The notes under the pieces were generated by a model. That model saw nothing but the letters and a program-made list of their open reading frames with translations. It did not search any database and had not been told where the DNA came from. From an uncultured Clostridium sp. (GTDB taxonomy: Bacteria; Bacillota; Clostridia; TANB77; CAG-508), in the NCBI GenBank assembly GCA_900553125.1, contig USCB01000007.1, positions 508 to 64,507 of the forward strand: a stretch of DNA of 64,000 nucleotides. The letters run 5' to 3'. This document shows positions 1 through 9,856 of the stretch, one piece after another (within the stretch, counting starts at the first letter, position 1; each line of letters starts with the position of its first letter). Both the position numbers and the translations under genes were made by a program.

Positions 1-567
1 GCAGTTAATTGGGATTGGATGATAAATAAAATAAAATCAGCTAAAAGAGAGATAAAAGTATTAAATTTATTTGCATATACAGGAGGAGCGACTGTTAGCT
101 GTTTATCAGCAGGTGCATCAGTATGTCATGTAGATAGTTCAAAAGGAATGGTAGCTTGGGCAAAAGAAAATGTTTCAAGTTCAAAATTAAATGAGAAAAA
201 AGTAAGATATATAGTTGATGATGTAAATAAATTTGTAGCACGAGAAATTAGAAGAGGTAATAAATATGATGCAATAATAATGGATCCACCATCATATGGA
301 AGAGGTGCAAAAGGTGAAGTTTGGCAATTTGAGAATAACATTTATGATTTAGTAGAATTATGTACAAAGGTATTGTCAAACAATCCGTTATTTTTCCTAA
401 TAAATTCATATACAACAGGAATATCAAGTACAGTTTTAGCAAATATCTTGAATTTAACTGTAAATAAAAAACATAGAGGTAAAATAGAATCAGGTGAGAT
501 AGGTTTGCCTATGGAAAATTCAAAACTTGTTTTACCTTGTGGAATTTATGGAAGATGGGAAGATTAG
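1..567 (+). CDS. Class I SAM-dependent methyltransferase (RlmI/YwbD-like), 3' part; the 5' end lies outside the window
   Basis: The frame is open from nt 1. Motifs FAYTGGATV (SAM loop) and IIMDPPSYG (motif IV) are present. Confidence 0.7.
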   Translation, partial: AVNWDWMINKIKSAKREIKVLNLFAYTGGATVSCLSAGASVCHVDSSKGMVAWAKENVSSSKLNEKKVRYIVDDVNKFVAREIRRGNKYDAIIMDPPSYGRGAKGEVWQFENNIYDLVELCTKVLSNNPLFFLINSYTTGISSTVLANILNLTVNKKHRGKIESGEIGLPMENSKLVLPCGIYGRWED

Positions 568-570
568 ATT

Positions 571-1234
571 ATGAAAGTATTATATGAAGATAATCACATA
601 ATAGTTGTAGAAAAAGAGCCAAATATCCCATCACAAGCAGATAAAACAGGTGATGAGGATATGTTATCTTTAGTAAAAAAATATGTTAAGGAAAAGTATA
701 ATAAACCAGGTGAAGTATATATTGGTTTAGTTCATAGATTGGATAGACCAGTTGGTGGAATAATGGTATTTGCAAGAACATCAAAAGCAGCATCAAGGCT
801 AAGTGAACAAATTAGAAATAAGACTTTTAAAAAGAGATATTTAGCAGTTGTAGATGGTAAATTTGAAAATTTGAAAGGAAGTTTGGAAGATTATCTTTAT
901 AAAGATGAGAGAAATAATATAAGTAAAGTTGTAAATAAAGATAAAAAAAATTCTAAGTTTGCTAAACTTGATTATGAAGTTTTGAATTATGATGATAAGA
1001 GAGATTTAAGTTTGGTTAAAATTGATTTACATACACGGAAGACATCATCAAATTAGGGTTCAAATGGCAAATGCAGGACATAGTTTGTTTGGTGACCAAA
1101 AGTACGGAGTAAGAGGAAAAAATAAGCAAATTCGATTGTGGGCTTATAATGTTGAATTTGAACACCCTGTAAAAAAAGAGTTGGTTAGTTTTGTGGATTA
1201 TCCTGATTGGAGTATGTGTAGGGGAAAAATATAG
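571..1234 (+). CDS. RluA-family pseudouridine synthase, split over two frames (571-1056 and 1037-1234)
   Basis: HRLDRPVGG is in piece 1 and (T)GRHHQIRVQM in piece 2. The pieces join only if C1036 of the in-frame CGG 1036-1038 is skipped. Confidence 0.8.
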
Positions 1235-1420
1235 ATTAAATTAAAGCATTTGTATGCTACGGTGTATGTGAAAAAAGAATATTCTCGAGTATTGAATAAT
1301 GCCATATTAAAAGAAAAGCCATTGATAATTATGTAAACAAAAAACTAACCCAAATATATAGACAATTATCCTAAAAAGTGATAAAATAAACCCATAACTA
1401 AAAAAAGGAGGAGTTATAAA

Positions 1421-2362
1421 ATGGTAGAAGATAACCAAATAAAGGCACAAGTATCGCCATTTGCTATTAGAAAAGGCGAAATAAAAACATTTGATGGTCA
1501 AGATGGATATGTATCAATGAATCAAGTTGTACACAAAATAAATATAGGACATATAACAGACATACATTTTGCAATACTATATTTAGTAAACGAATTTGAA
1601 TTTATCACATCAAGACAGCTAATGCAAATGCTTCAAATAAAAGGATATGAAGTAAAATCACAAGACAAATTAAATAATAAGTTGGAAGGATTAATAAAAT
1701 CAAAAATTCTAACAAGATATTATTTTACATCTGACGAAGGAAAAGGAATATATAGAATATATTGTTTAGAAAAGATGGGAAAATATTTGTTAGATACAAG
1801 AGATGATGTAGAATGTAAATGGCAACCATCAGATAATACAAAACCGGTTGCAATGATAAAGAAAAGATTAGCAGGAAATCAAGTATTAATAGCATATCTA
1901 AAAAAAGTTAAAGTATTTGATTCATATGTTGTAAAGCCAGCATTAACTGCAAAAACAATGGGAAAAATATTCAAACCAAGTGGTGGACAAGTAACACTTA
2001 CTAAATCTGGAAAATCTATTCAATTCTTATTTGAAGTTATAAGAAGAGAAAATGATTGGCAAAAAAAGGTAGTAGACAAAATGAAGTTTTATAAAGATTT
2101 TTATGACAATTTTGTACCATTAGATTCAGGCTTTAAATCATTACCACAACTAATAATAGTATGTGAAGATGATAGACATATGGCTGAAACATTTAGAGAA
2201 TTAGTTACCCATAATATAGAATTTGATAAAATAAATTTATATTATACAACAGACTTAAAACAAAACAGTGAATCACTTGAAAATACTTTAACAGAATTCA
2301 AGTTAGATACAGAAACAAATAAATATAAAGCCCAAAATGTAGAATTAAAATTATTAAATTAA
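1421..2362 (+). CDS. Hypothetical protein, 313 aa; possibly winged-helix / replication-relaxation-like
   Basis: Long ORF with RBS aaaaaggagg upstream. No catalytic motif recognised, so the family guess is weak. Confidence 0.5.
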   Translation: MVEDNQIKAQVSPFAIRKGEIKTFDGQDGYVSMNQVVHKINIGHITDIHFAILYLVNEFEFITSRQLMQMLQIKGYEVKSQDKLNNKLEGLIKSKILTRYYFTSDEGKGIYRIYCLEKMGKYLLDTRDDVECKWQPSDNTKPVAMIKKRLAGNQVLIAYLKKVKVFDSYVVKPALTAKTMGKIFKPSGGQVTLTKSGKSIQFLFEVIRRENDWQKKVVDKMKFYKDFYDNFVPLDSGFKSLPQLIIVCEDDRHMAETFRELVTHNIEFDKINLYYTTDLKQNSESLENTLTEFKLDTETNKYKAQNVELKLLN

Positions 2363-2410
2363 ATAAAATCCCTTAAATAACTAGCAACAAGGGGGAAAAA
2401 GGAGAAAAAT

Positions 2411-4060
2411 ATGACATATAAAGAATTAGCGGATTTAATATTTCCAAATGCAAAAGAAATTAGTTATTATGAAGAAAAATATCCAGAAAGAAAACTAGAA
2501 GAAGGAGCAATTGTTACAAGATATGCACCTAGTCCAACAGGAATGATGCATATAGGAGGTTTATATCAAGCCTTGATTGCTAAAATGGTATCAAAAAAAT
2601 CAAATGGTGTATTTTTTGTTAGAATAGAAGATACAGACCAAAAAAGAGAAGTTAAAAATGGAATATCAAATATAGTAAATGCATTAAAAGATTTTGATAT
2701 AATGCCAGATGAAGGAATGATTTCAGAAACAGAAGAAATAGGAAATTATGGACCATACAAACAATCTTTAAGAAAAGACATATATCAAAGTTATGCGAAA
2801 TATTTGTTAGAGCAAGGAAAAGCATACCCATGTTTTGCAACTCCAGAAGAATTAGATGAAATGAGAACAAAACAAGAAGCAGCAAAAGTAAGAACAGGAT
2901 ATTATGGTGTATGGGCAAAATATAGAAATTTATCATTAGATGAAATGGCAGAAAAAATAAATGCAGGAGTTCCATATATTATAAGATTTAAATCACTAGG
3001 TAGAGAAGATAGAAAAATAAAACATAAAGATTTAATAAAAGGAAATGTAGATTTTCCTGAAAACGACCAAGACATTATAATTATTAAATCAGACGGCTTG
3101 CCAACATACCATTTCGCACATGCGGTAGATGACCATTTAATGCATACAACTCATGTAATAAGAGGAGATGAATGGTTGTCATCTGTACCACTTCATTTAC
3201 AATTATTCCAAGAACTAGGATTCAAAGCACCTAAATATGCTCATATTTCACCTATCATGAAAAATGACAATGGAAATAAGAGAAAATTAAGTAAACGTAA
3301 AGACCCAGAAGCAGCTACAAGTTATTATGAAGAAATAGGAATACCAAGTTTAGCAGTAAAAGAATATTTATTAAATATAGCAAATTCAACATTTGAAAAT
3401 TGGAGAAGACAAAACAAAGATGCAGCTTTAGAAGAATTTGATTTCAAACTAAGCAAAATGAGTGTAAGTGGAGCTTTATTTGATATGGTAAAATTACAAG
3501 ATGTATCAAAAATTGTAATATCAAAAATGACAGCTGAGGAAGTTTACGAAAAATCTTTAGAATGGGCAAATAGACATGATGAAGAATTAGCTAAAATGTT
3601 AGAGAATAAAGAATATTCACTAAAAGTTTTAGGAATAGAAAGAGGAAATACAAAACCTCGTAAAGATATTGCAAAATGGTCTGATGTAAAAGAAAATATA
3701 ATTTATATGTATGATGACAAATTCTTAAATGAAGAACAAGATTACCCATACCAAGTTATAAATGACCAAAATGATATAAACAAACTTTTAGATTTATATA
3801 TGGAAAAATATTATAATCCAGAAGATGACAAACAAACTTGGTTTAACAAAATAAAAGAACTAGCAGGAGAAATGGGATATGCAGAAGAAGTAAAAGAATT
3901 TAAAGCAAACCCAGGAATGTATAAAGCTCATGTTGGAGATGTAAGTACAGTTTTAAGAATTGCATTAACTGGTAGAACAAACACGCCAGATATGTATGAA
4001 ATTATGGCTGTTATTGGAAAGAAAAGTATGGAAGAAAGATTTAAAAAAGCAAAAAAATAA
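2411..4060 (+). CDS. gltX: Glutamate--tRNA ligase
   Basis: PSPTGMMHIGG (HIGH class I motif), VRIEDTD and KLSKRK (KMSKS-type) are present. Confidence 0.93.
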   Translation: MTYKELADLIFPNAKEISYYEEKYPERKLEEGAIVTRYAPSPTGMMHIGGLYQALIAKMVSKKSNGVFFVRIEDTDQKREVKNGISNIVNALKDFDIMPDEGMISETEEIGNYGPYKQSLRKDIYQSYAKYLLEQGKAYPCFATPEELDEMRTKQEAAKVRTGYYGVWAKYRNLSLDEMAEKINAGVPYIIRFKSLGREDRKIKHKDLIKGNVDFPENDQDIIIIKSDGLPTYHFAHAVDDHLMHTTHVIRGDEWLSSVPLHLQLFQELGFKAPKYAHISPIMKNDNGNKRKLSKRKDPEAATSYYEEIGIPSLAVKEYLLNIANSTFENWRRQNKDAALEEFDFKLSKMSVSGALFDMVKLQDVSKIVISKMTAEEVYEKSLEWANRHDEELAKMLENKEYSLKVLGIERGNTKPRKDIAKWSDVKENIIYMYDDKFLNEEQDYPYQVINDQNDINKLLDLYMEKYYNPEDDKQTWFNKIKELAGEMGYAEEVKEFKANPGMYKAHVGDVSTVLRIALTGRTNTPDMYEIMAVIGKKSMEERFKKAKK

Positions 4061-4064
4061 TTTG

Positions 4065-4097
4065 AAAAAGCTAATTTTCATAAAATTAGCTTTTTTA
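4065..4097 (+). terminator. Intrinsic terminator after gltX
   Basis: Stem agctaatttt/aaaattagct followed by a T-run. Confidence 0.75.
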
Positions 4098-4117
4098 TAA
4101 AAGAAAGGCTTAAATAT

Positions 4118-4294
4118 ATGGAATATAAAGTAGGAGATATTGTAAGAACAAAAAAACAGCATCCATGTGGCAGTAAAATATGGGAGATAACAAGAGTTGG
4201 TGTCGATTTTAAACTAAAATGTAAAGGATGTGAACATACTGTTATATTGCCAAGGGAGAAAGCTTTAAAGGCAATAACAAAAAAATTATCATAA
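4118..4294 (+). CDS. DUF951-like small protein (58 aa); absent from the ORF track
   Basis: Translation is MEYKVGDIVRTKKQHPCGSKIWEITRVGVDFKLKCKGCEHTVILPREKALKAITKKLS. The GD.V..KK.HPCG...WE..R.G.D...C..C pattern is typical of DUF951. Confidence 0.65.
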   Translation: MEYKVGDIVRTKKQHPCGSKIWEITRVGVDFKLKCKGCEHTVILPREKALKAITKKLS

Positions 4295-4314
4295 ATATGA
4301 AATTAGTAATAAAA

Positions 4315-4388
4315 AGGACATAATAAAATGTTTCTTTATAGTATATTATAAAAATATATATAAAGAAATGTTTTATTATGTCCTTAAA
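4315..4388. repeat. Long AT-rich inverted repeat (about 26-bp arms with a central 2-nt mismatch)
   Basis: Arms are aggacataataaaatgtttctttata and tataaagaaatgttttattatgtcct. Confidence 0.7.
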
Positions 4389-4527
4389 TGTTTGTAATAT
4401 GTTTGTAATATTACAAGAATATTAATATTATATTACATTTTTGTTAATAGTATTGACTTTAGCCGAAAAAAATATAGAATAGTAATATGAGAATTTATCA
4501 AAATTTTTCTTTAAAGAAGAGGTTTTT

Positions 4528-5103
4528 ATGAGAATTATTAGTGGAACAGCAAAAGGAACAAAATTATATACATTAGAAGGTTTAGAAACAAGACCAACAT
4601 TAGACAGGGTGAAAGAATCATTATTTAATATAATACATAATGAAATTGAGGAAAGTACAGTATTAGATTTATTTTCAGGAAGTGGAGCAATAGGGTTAGA
4701 ATTTGCAAGTAGAGGTGCAAAGAAAGTTTATTTATGTGATAAGTCAAAAGATGCTTGCAAGATAATAGAGAAAAATATTGAAAAAACACACTTGGAAAAT
4801 AAAGTAACACTTCTATGTAGTGATTTTTTAAAAGCAATAAATCAGATGAGAGAAGAAAAAATTGATATAATATATTTAGATCCACCTTATAAAACCGACT
4901 TTATAAAAATAGCAATTGAAGAGCTAATAAAAAATGAGATTATAACAAAAGATACTTTAATAATAATAGAAACAGATGAAAAAGAAAGAGTAATAAAACA
5001 AATAGAAAAAACTAATGAAATAGAATTAACAGATCAAAGAAAATATGGAAGAGCAAATATCATATTCTTAAAGAAAAAAGAACGGAAAGGAAGAATAAAT
5101 TGA
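4528..5103 (+). CDS. rsmD: 16S rRNA (guanine966-N2)-methyltransferase RsmD
   Basis: MRIISGTAKG..RPTLDRVKESLFN, LDLFSGSGAIGLE and LDPPY are present. An in-frame CGG lies 6 codons before the stop. Confidence 0.88.
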   Translation: MRIISGTAKGTKLYTLEGLETRPTLDRVKESLFNIIHNEIEESTVLDLFSGSGAIGLEFASRGAKKVYLCDKSKDACKIIEKNIEKTHLENKVTLLCSDFLKAINQMREEKIDIIYLDPPYKTDFIKIAIEELIKNEIITKDTLIIIETDEKERVIKQIEKTNEIELTDQRKYGRANIIFLKKKERKGRIN

Positions 5104-5606
5104 TGGAGATATTTACATTATTAGAAACTTTAGAGGACATATTAGAAAAAGGCAAGAAAGTACCATTTACCAATAAAGTAATAGTGGATAAAGATGAAAT
5201 TGTTGAAATTATTCAAGAAATAAGATTGAAATTGCCAGATGAACTTAAACAAGCTAAATGGATAAAAGAAGAAAGACAACGTATTCTTTTAGAGGCTCAA
5301 AAAGAGGCAGATGGCGTAGTAAAAGAGGCAGAAAGTAGAATTATTTCTATGATAGATGAACATGAAATTACAAGAAAAGCATATGACCAAAAGAATGAAA
5401 TAATAGAAACTGCAAATGAAATGTCTAGGGAAATTACAAATGGAACAAAAGAATATGCTGATAACTTATTACAAAATACAGAGAAAGTATTAGCAGACAC
5501 TTTACAAAAACTAGAAAAGAATATGTCAGAGGCTTTAAACTTGATGCAAATTTCATTAGAAGACACTATAAAAACGGTTCAAAATAGTAGAAAAGAATTA
5601 CAATAA
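5103..5606 (+). CDS. Coiled-coil protein of unknown function (ATPase subunit b/H-like composition)
   Basis: ORF overlaps the rsmD stop (tgATGg). The sequence is charged heptad-like and has no motif. Confidence 0.6.
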   Translation: MEIFTLLETLEDILEKGKKVPFTNKVIVDKDEIVEIIQEIRLKLPDELKQAKWIKEERQRILLEAQKEADGVVKEAESRIISMIDEHEITRKAYDQKNEIIETANEMSREITNGTKEYADNLLQNTEKVLADTLQKLEKNMSEALNLMQISLEDTIKTVQNSRKELQ

Positions 5607-5611
5607 ATAAG

Positions 5612-5646
5612 AAAAAATAGCAAAAATTTGTTGCTATTTTTTTTTA
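5612..5646 (+). terminator. Intrinsic terminator
   Basis: Stem atagcaa/ttgctat followed by T9. Confidence 0.7.
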
Positions 5647-5735
5647 GTTTTGATACAATGTAGCTTGTAAAAATATAGAAATAAACAATGGAAAAATATA
5701 GATAAAGATATAAAAGAAGAAGGGAATGATAAACA

Positions 5736-8243
5736 ATGGCAAAGGCAAAAAGAAAAGCAACATCAAAAAAAAGAAAAAGTACAGCCAAAAGAGCAAGTAA
5801 AAATCAAGAACTCAATTTAAATATAATAGGAACAATAATTTTTAGTATATTATTAGCAGTTTTATTATATATGAATTCAGGAGAATTAGGTCAAAAATTA
5901 AATGAGGTATTAGGTGGATTAATGGGAATATTAAGATATGTAGTACCAATTGGAACTTTTGCAATAGCAATAAAAATGGCGTGTAAAGATGAAGATGATT
6001 ACGTAACAAAAAAACTAGTACAATATGCTGTGCTTTTGATATGTATTTCTATAATAATGAGTGTATATCAAATTTCTGAAGGAAATATTGAAACAACTGG
6101 AGATTTAACGCAAAATTTGAAAAAAGCATATGCATTAGGAGTAAGTAATAAAGGTGGGGGAGCTATTGGAACACTAGCTGCAATATTTTTGGTAAGAATG
6201 CTAGGAAATGTTGGAGCAGTTGTACTAAGTGTTGGAATATCTGTGATGTTATTTGCATTTGTATGTGGAATAGATATATCAGAATATATAAGTCAGAAAG
6301 TTGAAGAACATATAGAAAGAAAAGAAGAAAAGAAGATAGAAAAAGAAGAAAGAAAAAAGAAGAGAGAAGAATATTTGGCAGCACAAAGACAAGAAATGGC
6401 AGAACAGAAAAAGCAAAAGCAAATTGAACATGAAAATTATAAAATGCGTAATAAGGAAATTGCTGCAATACAAGATGTTCAAAATGATAAAATAGAACCA
6501 GAACAAATAAAAATAAATCTAAATGGAAGGGTAATTGAAGAAGAGCCACAAGAGAAAAAAGGAATAAAAGGGTTGCTAAAAAAATCTAAGGTACCTAAAA
6601 AAGAAAGTATAACTAAAACTGCAAGTAGTATAATGAGAATAGATGAAGAAACAGGAGAAATATTAGAAGAAGGCAATCCTGTACAGGCAAATCTATTTGT
6701 CCAAAAAGAAGAAGAAAAACAAGATAAAACAAAACAAGTTTTACAACTAGAACATACAATATCAGTTGAAGAAGATAATTATGTATATCCTCCAATTGAC
6801 ATATTAAGCAAAATGGAAAAAGCATCATTAAAAGGGGGAACAAAATCACTTACAGATACAGCAGCAAGACTTCAAAAAACACTATACAGTTTTGGAGTAT
6901 CAGCAAAAGTTGAAAACGTAACAGTAGGACCAGCAATCACAAGATATGAACTAAAACCTGCTGAGGGTGTAAGAGTTAGTAAAATAGCAAACTTAGCAGA
7001 TGATATAGCACTTAACTTAGCTGCGGAAACAATAAGAATAGAAGCACCAATTCCAGGAAAACAAGCAGTTGGAATAGAAGTTCCAAATAAACAAAAAGAA
7101 ATGGTAGGACTTCGTGAGGTAATAGAAAGTGAGGCATTTAAAAATAATGATTCAAAACTAAGTGTAGCACTTGGAAAAGACGTAGCAGGATCAGCAGTTA
7201 TTGCAAATATTGCTAAAATGCCACACGTGCTAATTGCAGGTTCAACAGGTTCGGGTAAATCAGTTTGTATAAATACAATAATAACAAGTATAATATATAA
7301 TAGTAAACCAAGTGAAGTAAAACTTGTAATGGTAGATCCGAAAGTAGTTGAACTTTCAGTATATAATGGAATACCACATCTATTAATACCAGTAGTTACA
7401 GATCCTAAAAAAGCAGCAGGAGCTTTAGCTTGGGCAGTACAAGAAATGGACAACCGTTACAACTTATTTGCAGAAAAAGGTGTACGAGATTTAGTTGGAT
7501 ACAACAAAGCTGCTGAGCATGAAGGAGCTGGAAAACTTCCACAAATAGTAATAATAATAGACGAGTTAGCAGACTTAATGATGGTAGCAGCCAAAGAAGT
7601 TGAAGAATCAATTTGTAGATTAGCACAAAAAGCAAGAGCAGCAGGAATGCATTTAGTAATTGCAACACAAAGACCATCAGTAGATGTAATAACAGGTTTA
7701 ATCAAAGCAAATGTACCATCAAGAATAGCATTTGCAGTATCATCACAAGTAGATTCAAGAACAATCTTAGACCAAGTTGGGGCAGAAAAGCTTTTAGGGA
7801 AAGGAGATATGTTATATTTCCCATCAGGAGCATCAAAACCAACAAGAGTACAAGGAGCTTTCGTATCAGATGAAGAAGTTGAGCAAATTGTCAATTTTGT
7901 AAAATCAAATGGAACAGCAGTTTATAGCGAGGATATATTAGATACAATTGAAAATGGTGGAAAAGAAGAACAAATTAAAAATCTAGCAGCAGACCAAGCA
8001 GCTGAGGATGACACAGATCCATTTTTACAAGATGCAATTGATACTGTTGTCGAAACAGGACAAGCTTCTACATCATTTATACAAAGAAAGTTTAAGGTTG
8101 GATATGCTAGAGCTGGAAGAATAATCGACCAAATGGAAGAAAGAGGTGTAATTTCAGGATATCAGGGTAGTAAGCCAAGAGAGGTATTGTGGACTTTAGA
8201 AAAACTTGCTGAAATGAAGATGGGAAGCAAGGTAGAAGAGTAG
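5736..8243 (+). CDS. ftsK: DNA translocase FtsK/SpoIIIE
   Basis: N-terminal TM segments, Walker A GSTGSGKS, Walker [11 protein letters not shown] and a C-terminal gamma wHTH ([27 protein letters not shown]). Confidence 0.95.
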   Translation: MAKAKRKATSKKRKSTAKRASKNQELNLNIIGTIIFSILLAVLLYMNSGELGQKLNEVLGGLMGILRYVVPIGTFAIAIKMACKDEDDYVTKKLVQYAVLLICISIIMSVYQISEGNIETTGDLTQNLKKAYALGVSNKGGGAIGTLAAIFLVRMLGNVGAVVLSVGISVMLFAFVCGIDISEYISQKVEEHIERKEEKKIEKEERKKKREEYLAAQRQEMAEQKKQKQIEHENYKMRNKEIAAIQDVQNDKIEPEQIKINLNGRVIEEEPQEKKGIKGLLKKSKVPKKESITKTASSIMRIDEETGEILEEGNPVQANLFVQKEEEKQDKTKQVLQLEHTISVEEDNYVYPPIDILSKMEKASLKGGTKSLTDTAARLQKTLYSFGVSAKVENVTVGPAITRYELKPAEGVRVSKIANLADDIALNLAAETIRIEAPIPGKQAVGIEVPNKQKEMVGLREVIESEAFKNNDSKLSVALGKDVAGSAVIANIAKMPHVLIAGSTGSGKSVCINTIITSIIYNSKPSEVKLVMVDPKVVELSVYNGIPHLLIPVVTDPKKAAGALAWAVQEMDNRYNLFAEKGVRDLVGYNKAAEHEGAGKLPQIVIIIDELADLMMVAAKEVEESICRLAQKARAAGMHLVIATQRPSVDVITGLIKANVPSRIAFAVSSQVDSRTILDQVGAEKLLGKGDMLYFPSGASKPTRVQGAFVSDEEVEQIVNFVKSNGTAVYSEDILDTIENGGKEEQIKNLAADQAAEDDTDPFLQDAIDTVVETGQASTSFIQRKFKVGYARAGRIIDQMEERGVISGYQGSKPREVLWTLEKLAEMKMGSKVEE

Positions 8244-8283
8244 CTGCCCAAATGGGGTCGTGGCTGTTGCCCAAATGGGTGTC
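8244..8283. repeat. GC-rich repeat, two direct copies of tgcccaaatggg (related to the REP-like family)
   Basis: Sequence is ctgcccaaatggggtcgtggctgttgcccaaatgggtgtc, immediately after the ftsK stop. Confidence 0.55.
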
Positions 8284-8302
8284 AGAAAAGAGGTAGAGAA
8301 CT

Positions 8303-9841
8303 TTGCAAAAGAAGAGTAATTTTTTAACAAAGTTTGTAAAAAAAGACTATAATAACAAACTAGAAGAAGTGCTAAGTCAAAAAGACTTCTCAGAGGAAGT
8401 AAAAAATACTTTACTTAGTATGTTCTATAAAATAGAAAATGGTTATAAAGATTACAAAAATGTAAAAAGAGAAACATTCGAAAAAAAAGAATATATAGAA
8501 AAATTAATAAATATAGTAGACAAAGATTGCAAAAAAATCACATTTTTACCTATAAATAGTAATGAAAAAGAAGTGGTGGATAGTGAGAATCAAGAAATTA
8601 AATGTTTACCAATTGAAAATAGAATTTTATATAGTTTGGCAAAAATTCAGAAAAGAAATATTGTCGTAAAATATGTTGATGAAAGCATGGCTAAAGCTTT
8701 TTCATTTATGTTAAATACAGGTAACAATATAAATATTGTCGAGCCATTGAGGGATTTTAATGGGTTTTCATGGAATATTATAATAAATGATATAGAAGAT
8801 TTGAATTATAATTTGATTTACCAAAATATAATTTTTCTTGGAGAAAATAAATTTGTAGACAAATGGGTAAATAATTATGAACCATTAATTGATTATTTTG
8901 AATTATTCCAAAATAAGATTGAAAAAAAATATGGTACCAAAAATAAAGATGAAATTATGAAAAAGTTGATAAGGATTTCCTTAAAATTAAAAATGCTTTA
9001 TGATAGAGAGTTTGAGATTGAAGTTATTAATAAACAAAAAGAATTTTTTAATGAAGTAATAAAACTTAAGAATAAAGAATCATATTTGGCGGAATTGTCA
9101 AAAGAAAAGAGGCAAAAAGAAAATAAAATAAAAACATTAGACCAAATAATGAATGATAAAAATTTATTGATTGAAGAATATAATAAAAGAAATAAAAAAT
9201 TATCATTAGAGAATAAGATTTTTAGTATTCGAGTTTTGAAAAATAATTTGCAAAAAGAGAGAGAAGAAGTTTTAAAAGAAATTAAAAATTGCAATGAAAT
9301 AATGAATCCAAAGAATTTTATAAAAATCAAAAAGATGACTGAAAGAAAATTTGAATATTTTGATGATATAGAAAATTTGGAATTAAAAGATGAGGTTATA
9401 GAACTTCAAAAGAAAATTATAAAATGTATGTATTTTGAATTACAAAATATAAAAGAGAAAAATGAAATGATTGAATTTATATATAAATATAGATATTATA
9501 ATTTATTGCCAATAGAAAATAGAAAAAATATTTATGAAATTGATAAATTAAAAATGTCTTTAAATAAATTAACTAGAGCCATGATAGATAAGTCAATAGA
9601 AATGAAGGTTATTAGTAAATTGACAGAAAATCAAGAAGAAAATTATAGTATTACAGGAAAATTATTATTGCTAAAAATTATAGAATTAAAAAATATTAAT
9701 TTGAAATTGATAGAAGAAGAAAAAAAGAATTATTTAATAATTTATGATGAAGAAATTGAAGATACTAGGATAGAATTAGAGAATATAACAAAAAAAAAGC
9801 TTAAGATAGGAAATAAAAAGAAAACAAAATTGTTTATATGA
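8303..9841 (+). CDS. Hypothetical K/E/N/I-rich protein, 512 aa (TTG start)
   Basis: Long ORF with RBS aaagaggtagag. No motif recognised. Confidence 0.6.
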   Translation: MQKKSNFLTKFVKKDYNNKLEEVLSQKDFSEEVKNTLLSMFYKIENGYKDYKNVKRETFEKKEYIEKLINIVDKDCKKITFLPINSNEKEVVDSENQEIKCLPIENRILYSLAKIQKRNIVVKYVDESMAKAFSFMLNTGNNINIVEPLRDFNGFSWNIIINDIEDLNYNLIYQNIIFLGENKFVDKWVNNYEPLIDYFELFQNKIEKKYGTKNKDEIMKKLIRISLKLKMLYDREFEIEVINKQKEFFNEVIKLKNKESYLAELSKEKRQKENKIKTLDQIMNDKNLLIEEYNKRNKKLSLENKIFSIRVLKNNLQKEREEVLKEIKNCNEIMNPKNFIKIKKMTERKFEYFDDIENLELKDEVIELQKKIIKCMYFELQNIKEKNEMIEFIYKYRYYNLLPIENRKNIYEIDKLKMSLNKLTRAMIDKSIEMKVISKLTENQEENYSITGKLLLLKIIELKNINLKLIEEEKKNYLIIYDEEIEDTRIELENITKKKLKIGNKKKTKLFI

Positions 9842-9856
9842 AGGGAGAAAAATTTT

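Noticed and set aside
6872-7453. 193-aa minus-strand ORF inside ftsK. Similar long antisense ORFs occur at 15848-16492 inside groEL and 35142-35849 inside priA.
   Set aside because: These lie antisense to strongly conserved genes. Their translations are low-complexity (S/F/L/I-rich) and they have no RBS. Such shadow ORFs are typical of AT-rich genomes with purine-rich coding strands.
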